From contig CAIQUL010000245.1 of NCBI GenBank assembly GCA_903874975.1, positions 2,754 through 66,753 of the forward strand: 64,000 nt of DNA, written 5' to 3'. Origin of the DNA: an uncultured Chthoniobacter sp. (GTDB lineage Bacteria > Verrucomicrobiota > Verrucomicrobiia > Chthoniobacterales > Chthoniobacteraceae). The notes beneath the pieces were generated by a model that was not told where the DNA came from, did not search any database, and saw only the letters and a list, made by a program, of their open reading frames with translations. Numbering within the stretch: the stretch's first letter is position 1; every line of letters begins with the position of its first letter. Positions 45,101 through 54,943 of this stretch are shown here, piece by piece. The translations under genes were made by a program, and so were the position numbers.

Positions 45101-46217
45101 CCAGAGTGAAACGTTTTCTCAGTCGTTCCGCAGGCGCAGGCTGGCGCGCGGGAGATTTCGCCTGGGGCTTCGCACGGGGCGTCTCCGGCGCGCGTTCCGC
45201 TTTCACGACCGGCGTTTTCTGCGGAGGTGGGAGTGCGGCCTTTTCCGGCCGAGCAACCACTTCCGGTTTGGGCGACTTCGCTCCGGGCTTGGGAGTCGGC
45301 GCTTCCATGGCGCGCGCGGGAGGTGGCGACTCGGACGTCGGAACATCCGCTGCGACCTCGGACTCTGCCTCGTAAAACGTCACGGCCACATTCTGTTCGG
45401 GCACAAGATTGACCGTGCGGAGTTCCCGCTGCGATGCCTCGATGTGATCGAGGATATGATTAAGCCGACCAAATTGCTCCTCGATCCGCTGCATGCCGAA
45501 AGTGATCTTCCCACGCCGTTGATCGCTGACCACGAGGCGACACGGCTTGGCCAGATCGATGCCGCGGATGCGGAAACGAGTGGCGTCGGCATTGAGGCGC
45601 AAAAGTTCGAGCGCGGCGATGATCTCCCCCCGGCCCGCCCGCTGGCCGGGGACGAGGTCTCCGGTTTCCACCCCGGAGATCACCGGCAAGGGGTCGGAAT
45701 CGGAGTCGTGCGAGCGCCCACGCAGAATGATACCCCGAGCATCGATCAGCAACGAACTCGCCGACCGCATCGGGTGGTCGCCCCGCTTTGCCAGGACCCA
45801 GGCGACGGGCTGCCGCTCGAAGACATTGATCGTCACAATGTTTGGAAAAGTCCGGAACACCTCCGCCCGATCAACCTGCGGAAGGCTTTCCAAGGCGGCT
45901 CGCGCCTTGCCCAGATCGACGGTCAGGATGTTTCGCCCTTCGGCGATTCCGGCGACCTCAAGGATATTTTTCCGCGTCAGGTTTCCATCCGTGGTGACGG
46001 ACGGCGGCTCCACGAGGAGGTGCGGGTTTTCCCAAACGAAACAGCGCCACCCCTCCCGCCCTCCCTGCCACAACCCCCATCCCGCCACGACGAGGACCAC
46101 CGATTTCCAAAGGCAACTCCACGCGGCAAAAATCCGCCGGCGGCGCTCTTCGTCGGTCCGGATTTTCACCCGGAGGATGTCCCGTTGGCCGCTGCTGGAA
46201 ATGCGCTTGTTTTTCAC
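45093..46217 (-). CDS. ftsQ: cell division protein FtsQ (POTRA domain) with a Pro/Lys-rich C-terminal extension
   Basis: Has an N-terminal TM, a POTRA-like region (NILTVDLGKARAALESLPQVDRAEVFRTFPNIVTINVFERQPVAW) and synteny ddl-ftsQ-ftsA. Confidence 0.8.
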   Translation of the reverse strand: MKNKRISSSGQRDILRVKIRTDEERRRRIFAAWSCLWKSVVLVVAGWGLWQGGREGWRCFVWENPHLLVEPPSVTTDGNLTRKNILEVAGIAEGRNILTVDLGKARAALESLPQVDRAEVFRTFPNIVTINVFERQPVAWVLAKRGDHPMRSASSLLIDARGIILRGRSHDSDSDPLPVISGVETGDLVPGQRAGRGEIIAALELLRLNADATRFRIRGIDLAKPCRLVVSDQRRGKITFGMQRIEEQFGRLNHILDHIEASQRELRTVNLVPEQNVAVTFYEAESEVAADVPTSESPPPARAMEAPTPKPGAKSPKPEVVARPEKAALPPPQKTPVVKAERAPETPRAKPQAKSPARQPAPAERLRKRFTLDE

Positions 46218-46232
46218 TGGATCAGGTCAGTT

Positions 46233-47156
46233 TTAGATTGGTCGAGAAAGGGAGAGTTCGATGACGCGGGCGCACAGTGCCGCGTAGCTGATGCCGGCGG
46301 CGGCGGCGGCTTCGGGAAGCAGGCTCACGGGGGTCATGCCGGGGATTGTGTTGACCTCGAGGACGAACGGTTCGTCGTCGGCCGTGAGCAACACATCCAC
46401 GCGCGAATAGACCTCCAGGGCGAGCGCGCGCTGCGCCGCGAGCGCGACGTCCTGCACGCGGCGCGTGACTGCGGGACTGAGCGGCGCAGGGCAAAAGTGC
46501 TCCGCCCCGGCGGCCTGCGGGTTGAGGAAATTGTACTTGTTCGCGAAGTCGTAAAACTCGCCGTCTTTCTTCGGACGAATCTCGACCACGGGCAGCGCCT
46601 GCTCGCCGATAATCCCGACCGTCAGCTCGCGTCCGCGGATGAACTGCTCGACCAGCAACTCGCGCCCGAACTGCCAGGCCTCGCGCATGGCGTCGGCGAC
46701 TTTCCCCGCATCGCGCACGATGAATACGCCCACGCTCGATCCTTCGCGCGGCGCTTTCACCACATAGGGCAGCGGCAGCGTCGGCGGTGCGCCGTCGCGC
46801 AAAATTTCAAACGCCGCGGTCGGCACGCCGTGCTCCAGCAAGCGCTGCTTGGTGGCGATCTTGTCGATCGCGAGTTCGCTGCCCGCCACGCCTTCGCCGG
46901 TGTAGCGCACGCCGCGCGCCTCCAGGATGCGCTGCACCTGGCCGTCCTCGCCGAAGGTCCCGTGAATGACATTGAACGCGACCTCCGTGCCCGCCGGTAA
47001 AACGAAAGTCGGTCCGGCGACATCCACCTCGGTCACTTCCGCGCCGAGACCGCGCAGCGCTTGGGCCACGCCCGCGCCGCTGGCGAGCGAGACTTTCCGC
47101 TCGTTGCCCGGTCCGCCCATGAGGACGGCGATTTTCCTGCCCTGCAGATCAATCAT
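46233..47156 (-). CDS. ddl: D-alanine--D-alanine ligase
   Basis: Contains KIAVLMGGPGNEREVSL-type N-terminus, HGTFGEDGQVQ, PYVVKAPREGSSVGV and EVNTIPGMT. Start taken at MIDLQG. Confidence 0.9.
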   Translation of the reverse strand: MIDLQGRKIAVLMGGPGNERKVSLASGAGVAQALRGLGAEVTEVDVAGPTFVLPAGTEVAFNVIHGTFGEDGQVQRILEARGVRYTGEGVAGSELAIDKIATKQRLLEHGVPTAAFEILRDGAPPTLPLPYVVKAPREGSSVGVFIVRDAGKVADAMREAWQFGRELLVEQFIRGRELTVGIIGEQALPVVEIRPKKDGEFYDFANKYNFLNPQAAGAEHFCPAPLSPAVTRRVQDVALAAQRALALEVYSRVDVLLTADDEPFVLEVNTIPGMTPVSLLPEAAAAAGISYAALCARVIELSLSRPI

Positions 47157-49458
47157 GAATGCCTTTCTCCTCACCGACGATTTGCACTTCGGTTTCGAGT
47201 GCGATCCCGCGTTCGCGCAACGCGGTTTCCTTCACCTTGTCGATCAACGCGAGCACGTCCGCAGCGGTCGCGCCGCCGGCGTTGACCAGAAAATTGCCAT
47301 GCACCTCGGAAACCATCGCGCCGCCGATGCGCGTGCCTTTAAGGCCGAGTTCATCGACCAGTCGGCCAGCCGGGCACTGCTCGGGATTTTTGAAAAAGCA
47401 ACCCGCGCTCGACTCGCGCGGCTGCGTGGTGCGGCGTTTCTGGGTGGAGGCTTCGAGCAGTTTCTCGATCTCCTCCGGCGTGCTCGGGTGGCCGCAGAAC
47501 GTCGCTGACACCGCGTAGTTCTTGGCGAGCGTCCCGCAGTGCCGGTAGCGCACGTCCATCTCCGGCGGCGTCTTCATGTGAAATTTGCCGTCCCGATCCA
47601 CGAACCGCACGCTCACCACCTGCCGGAAAGTCTCGCCGCCCATCGCGCCGGCGTTCATCCGCAGCGCGCCGCCGACATCGCCGGGGATGCCCTCGAACCA
47701 TTCGAAGCCGCCGATCTCCGCGTCGCGTGCGGCGTAGGCCAGCTCCTTCTGCTTCACCCCAACGCCCGCGTGAATCTGCCCTTCGCGCACCTCGACCTGC
47801 TTAAACTCCCCGCGCGCGAGATGCACGACCACGCCGCGGATGCCACCGTCGCGCACGAGCAGATTCGAGCCGCGACCCATGACGAAAAGCGGGATTTCGT
47901 TGAGCGTGCAAAAGCGCACCAACCGCGCGAACGACTCCTCGGTTTCGGGCTCCGCCCAAAACTGCGCCGGCCCGCCGATGCGCATCGTGGTGTGCTTCGA
48001 GAGCGGCTCGTAGAGCTTGATCAGGCCCGCGCCCATCACCGTCTGGAGTTCGTCGAGCTGCTTCACATCGGCGGCGAGCAGCGACGCGACTTCGTGGATA
48101 TTGCCCGCACCGAGGCTGAGCACGCAGTCGCCGGGTTCGAGCAGGCGTCCGATCTCGATCGCGAGTTTTTTCCGATCCGGCTGAAAGCTCGCGCCCTCGT
48201 GACCCTCGCGGATCATTTCATCCACAATCGTCTGCCCGCTCACGCCGGGGATCGGTTCTTCGCTCGCGGCGTACACGTCGGCGATCACCGCGACATCGGC
48301 GTGATGAAACGCGCGCCCAAACTCCGCCTTCAGCTTCTGGGTGCGTGAAAAGCGATGCGGCTGAAACATGCAGAGCACACGCTTGCGGCCCGTGTTCTTC
48401 GCCGTCGCCAGCGTCACTTTCACTTCGCTCGGGTGGTGGCCGTAGTCGTCCACGATCATGTAGCGGTCGCTGCGATACTTGATTTCAAAACGCCGCCGCG
48501 CGCCGCGGAAGGACTCCAGCGCCTCGGCGATCCGGGCGAAGGGCACGCCGAGTTCCGTAGCCAGCGCGATGACGCCGACGGCGTTGCTCACGTTGTGCCG
48601 GCCGGGGACGTTGAGCGTGATCGCACCGAGCGGTTCGCCGCCGCGCAGCACGCGGAAGTGCGATTGGAAGTCTTTCGCATGCACGTCATCGAAGCGGTAG
48701 AAAGCGGCGCGCGACTCGCCATACGAGATCGCTCCCGGATGTCCGCCGCACACGCGCGGCGCATGGCTGTCGTCCGCGGAGTAGATGACCTTCCCGCGCG
48801 TCTGACTCAGCAGTTGATTGAAGACCACCTCGATCGCCGCGAGGTCGGCGTAATAGTCGAGGTGCTCTTCCTCGATGTTCAGCACGATGGCGTGCTCGGG
48901 ATGGTAAAACGCCAGCGTGCCGTCGCTTTCATCACCCTCAGCCACAAAAAACTCACCCTGCGCATCCCAGTTCGCATTCGTCCCCAGGATCGGAATCTCC
49001 GCGCCGACGTAATGCGACGGATGCAGCCCGCCGACTTTCAGCACATGGGCCGTCATGGATGAGGTCGTCGTCTTGCCGTGCATGCCGCAGATCACGATGC
49101 CCTTCTTGCAATTCATGATCGCGGCCAAAGCATCCGCACGCCGCACCATGCTGCGGCCGGTGCGCAGCGCCTCGTCGTATTCCGCGTTGCCGGCGCGGAT
49201 GGCGGAAGAAAAGATGATGAGGTCCGCGTCGGCGACATTGGCCGCGGCCTGGCCGGAGAAAAAGCGCAGCCCGAGTTTTTCCAGGCGATCAATTTCGACG
49301 GTCCGCGCTTTGTCCGAGCCGCTGACGGTGTGGCCGAGCGCGATGAGCAGTCCGGCGATGCCGCTCATGCCGGAGCCGGCGACGCCGATCAGGTGAATCT
49401 TCAATTCACCGCCAACGAGGATGTCTGCGAGGATCTGGCCTGTGTCCATTAAGAGCAA
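47149..49458 (-). CDS. bifunctional MurC (UDP-N-acetylmuramate--L-alanine ligase) / MurB (UDP-N-acetylenolpyruvoylglucosamine reductase) fusion
   Basis: One 769-aa ORF. The MurC part has IHLIGVAGSGMSGIAGLL, GMHGKTTTSSM and DDYGHHPSE. After about residue 465 comes the MurB part, with PLSKHTTMRIGGPAQFW, VMGRGSNLLVRDGG, SAGCFFKNP and VSEVHGNFLVN. Confidence 0.9.
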   Translation of the reverse strand: MLLMDTGQILADILVGGELKIHLIGVAGSGMSGIAGLLIALGHTVSGSDKARTVEIDRLEKLGLRFFSGQAAANVADADLIIFSSAIRAGNAEYDEALRTGRSMVRRADALAAIMNCKKGIVICGMHGKTTTSSMTAHVLKVGGLHPSHYVGAEIPILGTNANWDAQGEFFVAEGDESDGTLAFYHPEHAIVLNIEEEHLDYYADLAAIEVVFNQLLSQTRGKVIYSADDSHAPRVCGGHPGAISYGESRAAFYRFDDVHAKDFQSHFRVLRGGEPLGAITLNVPGRHNVSNAVGVIALATELGVPFARIAEALESFRGARRRFEIKYRSDRYMIVDDYGHHPSEVKVTLATAKNTGRKRVLCMFQPHRFSRTQKLKAEFGRAFHHADVAVIADVYAASEEPIPGVSGQTIVDEMIREGHEGASFQPDRKKLAIEIGRLLEPGDCVLSLGAGNIHEVASLLAADVKQLDELQTVMGAGLIKLYEPLSKHTTMRIGGPAQFWAEPETEESFARLVRFCTLNEIPLFVMGRGSNLLVRDGGIRGVVVHLARGEFKQVEVREGQIHAGVGVKQKELAYAARDAEIGGFEWFEGIPGDVGGALRMNAGAMGGETFRQVVSVRFVDRDGKFHMKTPPEMDVRYRHCGTLAKNYAVSATFCGHPSTPEEIEKLLEASTQKRRTTQPRESSAGCFFKNPEQCPAGRLVDELGLKGTRIGGAMVSEVHGNFLVNAGGATAADVLALIDKVKETALRERGIALETEVQIVGEEKGIHD

Positions 49459-50534
49459 TATTTGAGGATGGTGTCGGCGACCCGCTCGGCGGCGGCGTGC
49501 GGCGCGAGCTGCGCGCTGCGCGTGGAGGTTTCAGCCAGCCGGGCGGGATCGTCCAAAAACCACAACAGCTTTTTCGCGAGATTTTCGCCGGTGGTTTCGC
49601 GCTCTTGTAATAGCGTCGCCGCCCCCGCGCGTTCAAAGATTTTCGCGTTGAAAGTTTGATGATCTTCCGCAGCGAACGGATACGGGATGAGGATGCCGGG
49701 CAGGGCGAAATGCGACAACTCCGTGAGGCTCGCCGCGCCGCTCCGCGAAATCACAAAATCCGCGGCGCTGTAGGCCTCCCGCATCTGGTGGCAGAACGCC
49801 GCGGTGAAAGCGGGAATTCCCGCCCCGGCGTAGCTCTCCCGCATGAGTTGCTCGTCCTGCTTTCCGGTGAGGTGAATGACCTGGAGCGGCTTCGCGGCGA
49901 GCTGCGGCAGCGCGTCGATGAGCGCCCGATTGATGCCCTGCGCGCCCTGGCTGCCGCCCATGACGAGCAGCGTCGGACGCCCCGGAGTCAGCCCAAACGC
50001 CGCGAGCGCCCGCGGCTTGTCGATCCGCTCCGCCAGCGCCGTGCGGATCGGTGTTCCGGTGACGTCGCATTTCCCTGCGGGAAAAGTGCGCGCACATTCC
50101 TCGAACCCAATCAGCACCCGCGTGACGAGCCGCGCGTTCAGGCGGTTCGACTTTCCGGAGATGGCATTCGACTCGTGGACAAACGTCGGAATCTTTCTGG
50201 CTCGTCCGGCCAGAATCGGTCCCGTGGAGGTGAAGCCACCCATGCCCAGCACCGCGTGCGGCGAGAAGTCGCGATAGAGTGCCTTCACTTGGTTCAGCCC
50301 GGCGCGGAACTTCAGCGCAAACCGCAGCAGTGCGAGCGGCGACTTGCTGTGCAAACCCACGCCAGGCACGCGCTCGATGCGAAACTCCCCGCGACCCTGC
50401 GTGGCCAGCGCGTCGATCTCCTTTTCCGAAATGATGAGCATCACGCGATGCCCGCGCGCGAGCAGTACCTCGCCGACGGCCAACCCCGGGAACAAGTGCC
50501 CGCCGGTCCCGCCGGCCGCGATGACAAAATTCAT
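49449..50534 (-). CDS. murG: undecaprenyldiphospho-muramoylpentapeptide beta-N-acetylglucosaminyltransferase
   Basis: Contains AAGGTGGHLFPGLAV, GGFTSTGP, VMGGSQGA and SRSGAASLTEL. Confidence 0.9.
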   Translation of the reverse strand: MNFVIAAGGTGGHLFPGLAVGEVLLARGHRVMLIISEKEIDALATQGRGEFRIERVPGVGLHSKSPLALLRFALKFRAGLNQVKALYRDFSPHAVLGMGGFTSTGPILAGRARKIPTFVHESNAISGKSNRLNARLVTRVLIGFEECARTFPAGKCDVTGTPIRTALAERIDKPRALAAFGLTPGRPTLLVMGGSQGAQGINRALIDALPQLAAKPLQVIHLTGKQDEQLMRESYAGAGIPAFTAAFCHQMREAYSAADFVISRSGAASLTELSHFALPGILIPYPFAAEDHQTFNAKIFERAGAATLLQERETTGENLAKKLLWFLDDPARLAETSTRSAQLAPHAAAERVADTILKYCS

Positions 50535-50537
50535 GGG

Positions 50538-51698
50538 CTACATCCGCACGATCTTCCTGCCTTTTTTCACGCTCACAGGCAGGACCACCAGCTCGGGCTT
50601 CGCTTCCGTTTCGCCCTGCCCCCGCCGGTAGATACTGAGCAAAATTCCCACACCGATCAGACAGACGACGAGGTTCGTTCCGCCGAAACTGACGAAAGGC
50701 ATCGGCATGCCTTTATTGGGCAAGACCGTGGTGGTCACGCCGATGTTCACCGCCGCCTGCAAGCCGATCAACAACGTGACGCCACAGCCGAGCAACATTC
50801 CAAAACGCTCGCGGGCGTGCGCCGCAATGTGGAAACCCGCCAGGACAAAAACCATGAACGCAATCACGACCCCGAGCGTGAAAGCCAATCCGAGTTCCTC
50901 GCCCACGATGGGGAAAATGAAATCCGTGTGCGCTGCGGGCAGGTAGAACATTTTCTGCCGACCAAGACCCAAGCCGCGACCGTCCTCACCGCCGGACCCC
51001 AGCGCGATCAGGGCCTGAATTCCCTGATAGGCATCGTCGGGATACTTAACAGGGTCGAGAAATGCGAGGAACCGCCCGGCACGCTCCGGGACGAGCGCGA
51101 TGGCCGCACCGAGGGAGCCGACGCCCGCCACCACCATCGCCCCGATGTAACCAAGGCGCGTCCCGGCGACGAACATCACGATCAAAGTGGTCGTACCGAT
51201 CAATGCGGTAGTTCCAAGATCGACCTCCGGCGCGATGAGAACCATCAGACCCCCGCCGCACGCGAAAGGCGCGAGAAAGCCCCGCACGAACCGACGGGAC
51301 GGAACTTCATCGCGGGCCAGACACCACGCCAGCGCGACCACGCCGGCGAGCTTCGCAAACTCTGAGGGTTGAAACCTGTGCCCGATGTTGATCCACCGTT
51401 TCGCTCCAAAATGTTCCTGACCTATGGGAGGAATGAAGCAGAGGACGAGCAGGACGATCGCGATGCCATACCACAGCTTCCACGTCTTCCCCAGGAGTCG
51501 GTAGTCGAACCACGCAGCCAGCGCGCAGAGCAGCCCCCCCACGCCCAGTCCCTTGATCTGCCGATTAAACAGGAACATCGGGTCGCCCTTGCTCTCCGGC
51601 GCGTAGGCAGACGTGCTCGTCATCATGACGAGTCCCAGGACAATCAGTCCGAAGACGGTAACGATGATGAGATAGGCGCTGGTGCGATGGGCGTTCAA
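50538..51698 (-). CDS. ftsW: lipid II flippase / SEDS protein FtsW
   Basis: Polytopic SEDS-family pattern (RWINIGHRFQPSEFAKL, PEVDLGT, LPAAHTDFIFPIVGEELG, LPNKGMPMPFVSFGGT). Position in the dcw cluster supports the call. Confidence 0.9.
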   Translation of the reverse strand: MNAHRTSAYLIIVTVFGLIVLGLVMMTSTSAYAPESKGDPMFLFNRQIKGLGVGGLLCALAAWFDYRLLGKTWKLWYGIAIVLLVLCFIPPIGQEHFGAKRWINIGHRFQPSEFAKLAGVVALAWCLARDEVPSRRFVRGFLAPFACGGGLMVLIAPEVDLGTTALIGTTTLIVMFVAGTRLGYIGAMVVAGVGSLGAAIALVPERAGRFLAFLDPVKYPDDAYQGIQALIALGSGGEDGRGLGLGRQKMFYLPAAHTDFIFPIVGEELGLAFTLGVVIAFMVFVLAGFHIAAHARERFGMLLGCGVTLLIGLQAAVNIGVTTTVLPNKGMPMPFVSFGGTNLVVCLIGVGILLSIYRRGQGETEAKPELVVLPVSVKKGRKIVRM

Positions 51699-51708
51699 GG
51701 ACGGTCGT

Positions 51709-52473
51709 TCACTCCTTCTTTTTCGGAATCGTCAGAGGCTGGCCTTCCCGCAGTTTTGTGGGATCGGAAATCTTGTTCAGCTTGAGCAGCTCGGCGGGGG
51801 TCAGTCCGTGGCGTTTTGCGATCGCCGTGGCTGTTTCATTCTTCTTCACGATGTGTAAGCCCGGGGTGGTCTTTGTGGGAGCCGCGTCCACACGCTTCGC
51901 CGGGGTGGCATCCACCTTGCGGGCCTCCGCGGCTGCGGGCTTCGCCGTCGCTTTCGGAATCGTCAGCACGTCGCCGGGATGCAAAACGGCCCCGTCCTTG
52001 AGGTTGTTCGCCGCGAGGAGTTCCTCCGTCTTTACCGAATTGGCGAAAGCGATCTTCGTCGGGTTATCCCCAGGTTTCACGAGATGCTGCTTGGTCCCGG
52101 GTTTCGGATTGACCGCCGGAGCCGGTGGCACCACCTGCGCGGTCTCAACGCGCGTCGGCTTGACGGCTGCCGGCGCGGCTGCCTCCAGCCCCTTCCCATT
52201 CGCCTTGAGTACTGGCTTGTCCACGTTTTGCCCGGTTTGCGCAGCCTTCGGTTCACGCCCCAAGCGCGAGGCCTTGATGCTGTTAAAAGCAAAGATACCG
52301 CCGATGGCGACAAGATGGAGGATGAGCACGACCACGAACGCGCTCGAAAGCTTCGTCGTCGGTTCTTCGTTGTCGTAACTGTCCATGGCCGCTGCCGTCG
52401 AGGCCTTCAGCTTGCTCGCGGTCCGTTTCTTGAGGTCGGCGAAAAGCGTGGAGAGGAATTTGGGTGATTTCAT
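51709..52473 (-). CDS. membrane-anchored protein with two LysM peptidoglycan-binding domains
   Basis: Has a TM (LSSAFVVVLILHLVAIGGIFAF) followed by HLVKPGDNPTKIAFANSVKTEELLAANNLKDGAVLHPGDVLTIP and HIVKKNETATAIAKRHGLTPAELLKLNKISDPTKLREGQPLTIP. Confidence 0.85.
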   Translation of the reverse strand: MKSPKFLSTLFADLKKRTASKLKASTAAAMDSYDNEEPTTKLSSAFVVVLILHLVAIGGIFAFNSIKASRLGREPKAAQTGQNVDKPVLKANGKGLEAAAPAAVKPTRVETAQVVPPAPAVNPKPGTKQHLVKPGDNPTKIAFANSVKTEELLAANNLKDGAVLHPGDVLTIPKATAKPAAAEARKVDATPAKRVDAAPTKTTPGLHIVKKNETATAIAKRHGLTPAELLKLNKISDPTKLREGQPLTIPKKKE

Positions 52474-53810
52474 TTAGGTTGGAGTGCGTTGACCAACTCG
52501 CGGAATTGATTTCCGCGGTCGGCGTAGTTTTTGAACATGTCGAAAGATGAGGTGCCGGGGCTGAGCAGGACAACGTCGCCAGGCTGCGCAATCTCGTGTG
52601 CGAGCGCGACTGCCCGTTCGAGCGACCGGCCGGCGTTGACCACCCGCACCCGGTCTTTCCAGATCGTTTCAATGCGGTCGGCCATTTCGCCGAGCACCAC
52701 CGCGGCGCGGCAGCGCTGCGCGACGAGCCCGGTCAGCGGGTCGTATTCAAATCCCTTGTCCTTGCCCCCGGCAATCAAAACCACCGGCCGGGTCTCGGAA
52801 TGTAATGCTTTTTCGACCGAATCCGGATTCGTTCCCTTCGAGTCGTTCACGTATTCCACTCCGTCGAGCGTGCGAATGATTTCGCAGCGGTGCGGCAGCG
52901 CTTGGTATTCGCGCAGCGGAGGCACCATCTGCGCAAAGCTGAGGCCACGGACGAATCCGACGCCGAGCGCAGCCATCAGATTCTCCGCATTGTGCGAGCC
53001 GCGAAGTTGCACCTCAGCCATCGCCAGCACGCGTTCTCCGCGGAAAAAAATTGCCCCCTCACGCAACGCGAAATCCGCTCCGGGCACATACGCGCTGAAA
53101 GTGATCTTCCGCGCCTTCAATTCCGGCAATTCATCCCGAAAATTAATGACCGCCCAATCCTCCTCGGTCTGGTTCTCGAAGATGCGGACTTTCGCTTGGA
53201 AATATTCGTCCATCGACGGATAGCGATCGAGATGATCCGGCGCAAACCCCAGCCAGACCGCGATCCCGCAGCGAAAGCGGGTGATCGTTTCGAGCTGAAA
53301 CGAACTGACCTCCAGCGTGACCATGTCAAGGTGCGCGCTCTCCCCGACCTTGGAGGAAAACGCCGGGCCGATATTTCCACAAGCCACTGTTCTCACGCCG
53401 CAAGCCTTGAGCATGCGCTCGACAAGCTGCGTGGTCGTCGTCTTCCCGTTCGTTCCGGTGATGCCCACGATCGGGCATTCGCACCTTGCAAAAGCCAACT
53501 CGAGCTCGCCCACCATCGCGATCCCGCGCCCGATGAAATTCTGGACCAGCGGCACGGCGGGATCGATGCCGGGACTGAGAATCGCGCAGTCATAATGACC
53601 GTGCTTGCTTTCATGGTCCGCCGCGAGGCCCGCGATGACCCGAATGCCATGCGCCCTGAGGGTCTCGATCTTCTGGCGAAGCTTGTTCTCTTCTCCCGTG
53701 TCCAGAACGGTGACCACGGCCCCCTCCTGGCGCAGCAGCAGGGCGGCGGACTCGCCGCTTTCACCGGCACCCAGCACCGCCACCGCTTTGTTTTTGTATG
53801 TCACGTTCAC
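52470..53810 (-). CDS. murD: UDP-N-acetylmuramoylalanine--D-glutamate ligase
   Basis: Contains AVLGAGESGESAA and GITGTNGKTTTTQL. Start set at the GTG at 53808-53810, which forms a GTGA overlap with the mraY stop; the ORF-track ATG at 53894 would overlap mraY by 88 nt. Confidence 0.9.
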   Translation of the reverse strand: MNVTYKNKAVAVLGAGESGESAALLLRQEGAVVTVLDTGEENKLRQKIETLRAHGIRVIAGLAADHESKHGHYDCAILSPGIDPAVPLVQNFIGRGIAMVGELELAFARCECPIVGITGTNGKTTTTQLVERMLKACGVRTVACGNIGPAFSSKVGESAHLDMVTLEVSSFQLETITRFRCGIAVWLGFAPDHLDRYPSMDEYFQAKVRIFENQTEEDWAVINFRDELPELKARKITFSAYVPGADFALREGAIFFRGERVLAMAEVQLRGSHNAENLMAALGVGFVRGLSFAQMVPPLREYQALPHRCEIIRTLDGVEYVNDSKGTNPDSVEKALHSETRPVVLIAGGKDKGFEYDPLTGLVAQRCRAAVVLGEMADRIETIWKDRVRVVNAGRSLERAVALAHEIAQPGDVVLLSPGTSSFDMFKNYADRGNQFRELVNALQPK

Positions 53811-54943
53811 CGGAGTTTGAGGGTGGCCAGACCGAGTAGGGAAAACATGATCGAGAGGATCCAAAAGCGGACGATGACCGTATTTTCCTTCCACCCCATC
53901 AATTCGAAATGGTGATGCACCGGAGACATCAGAAAGATACGCCGGCCCTCGCCATACATGCGCTTGGTGACCTTAAACCACGAGCGCTGGATCAGCACGG
54001 ACACAGCCTCAATGACAAAGACCCCACCCACGACCACGAGGAGCATCTCCTGCTTCGTGCAGATGGCGACCACGCCGAGCATCCCGCCGATAGCCAGCGA
54101 TCCGGTATCACCCATGAAGACTTTCGCCGGATGGCAATTGAACCAAAGGAAACCAAACGACGCGCCGACCATCGCCATGCAGATCACGGCCAGTTCGCCG
54201 GCGAATGGGTAAAAAGGAATGTCCAGATAGGCCGCGATATTGAAATTGCCCGCGGCGTAAGCCAGGACACCGTAGGTAAAGGACGCCGTGCAAGTGCAGC
54301 CGGCCGCGAGTCCGTCGAGGCCATCGGTCAGGTTAACGGCGTTCGAAGAACCCATGATGACAATCGCAAAAAAGAAGAACGTCAACGCGCCGAGGTTCAT
54401 GATGACCGGGTCCTTGGAGAACGGCACAAAAAGCTCCCTCGCCTGGACCTCGATCGCAGGATTCGTGAGAAAGTAAGCGGTAACAATGGCCGCAAGGATT
54501 CCCTGGGCGACCAGCTTCGTGCGTTCGCTGACGCCGGCGGAATTCTTCTTTGCGACTTTCAGGTAATCGTCCCAAAAACCCAGCGCGCCGCAGTAGATCA
54601 AGGTGAATAACACCAGCCACACTGCCGTGTTATCCGGCCGTGCCCAGAGGAGGGAGGAGAAGATCACCGTGCCGAGGATGAGCACGCCGCCCATTGTCGG
54701 CGTTCCCGCCTTCTGCCCGTGTAATTCAAACAGCTTGTTAACTTCCTCCTTCGTGCGAATCGGCTGGCCGAGCTTCAGCGAAATGAGGCGGCGGATGACC
54801 CAATTGCCGCATAACAGCGAGAGGAGAAATGCCGTGACCGCCGCTGCAATCGCCCGGAAAGTAATGTACTGAAAAACGTTGAGCGCGCGCAGAAACTCCC
54901 ATTCCGGAAAGCGCAGGACCAGCTCATGCAGGAAATACATCAT
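53807..54943 (-). CDS. mraY: phospho-N-acetylmuramoyl-pentapeptide transferase
   Basis: Internal start MMYFLHEL. Contains KAGTPTMGG, NAVNLTDGLDGLA and SPVHHHFE. Forms an ATGA overlap with the murF stop. Confidence 0.9.
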   Translation of the reverse strand: MMYFLHELVLRFPEWEFLRALNVFQYITFRAIAAAVTAFLLSLLCGNWVIRRLISLKLGQPIRTKEEVNKLFELHGQKAGTPTMGGVLILGTVIFSSLLWARPDNTAVWLVLFTLIYCGALGFWDDYLKVAKKNSAGVSERTKLVAQGILAAIVTAYFLTNPAIEVQARELFVPFSKDPVIMNLGALTFFFFAIVIMGSSNAVNLTDGLDGLAAGCTCTASFTYGVLAYAAGNFNIAAYLDIPFYPFAGELAVICMAMVGASFGFLWFNCHPAKVFMGDTGSLAIGGMLGVVAICTKQEMLLVVVGGVFVIEAVSVLIQRSWFKVTKRMYGEGRRIFLMSPVHHHFELMGWKENTVIVRFWILSIMFSLLGLATLKLR

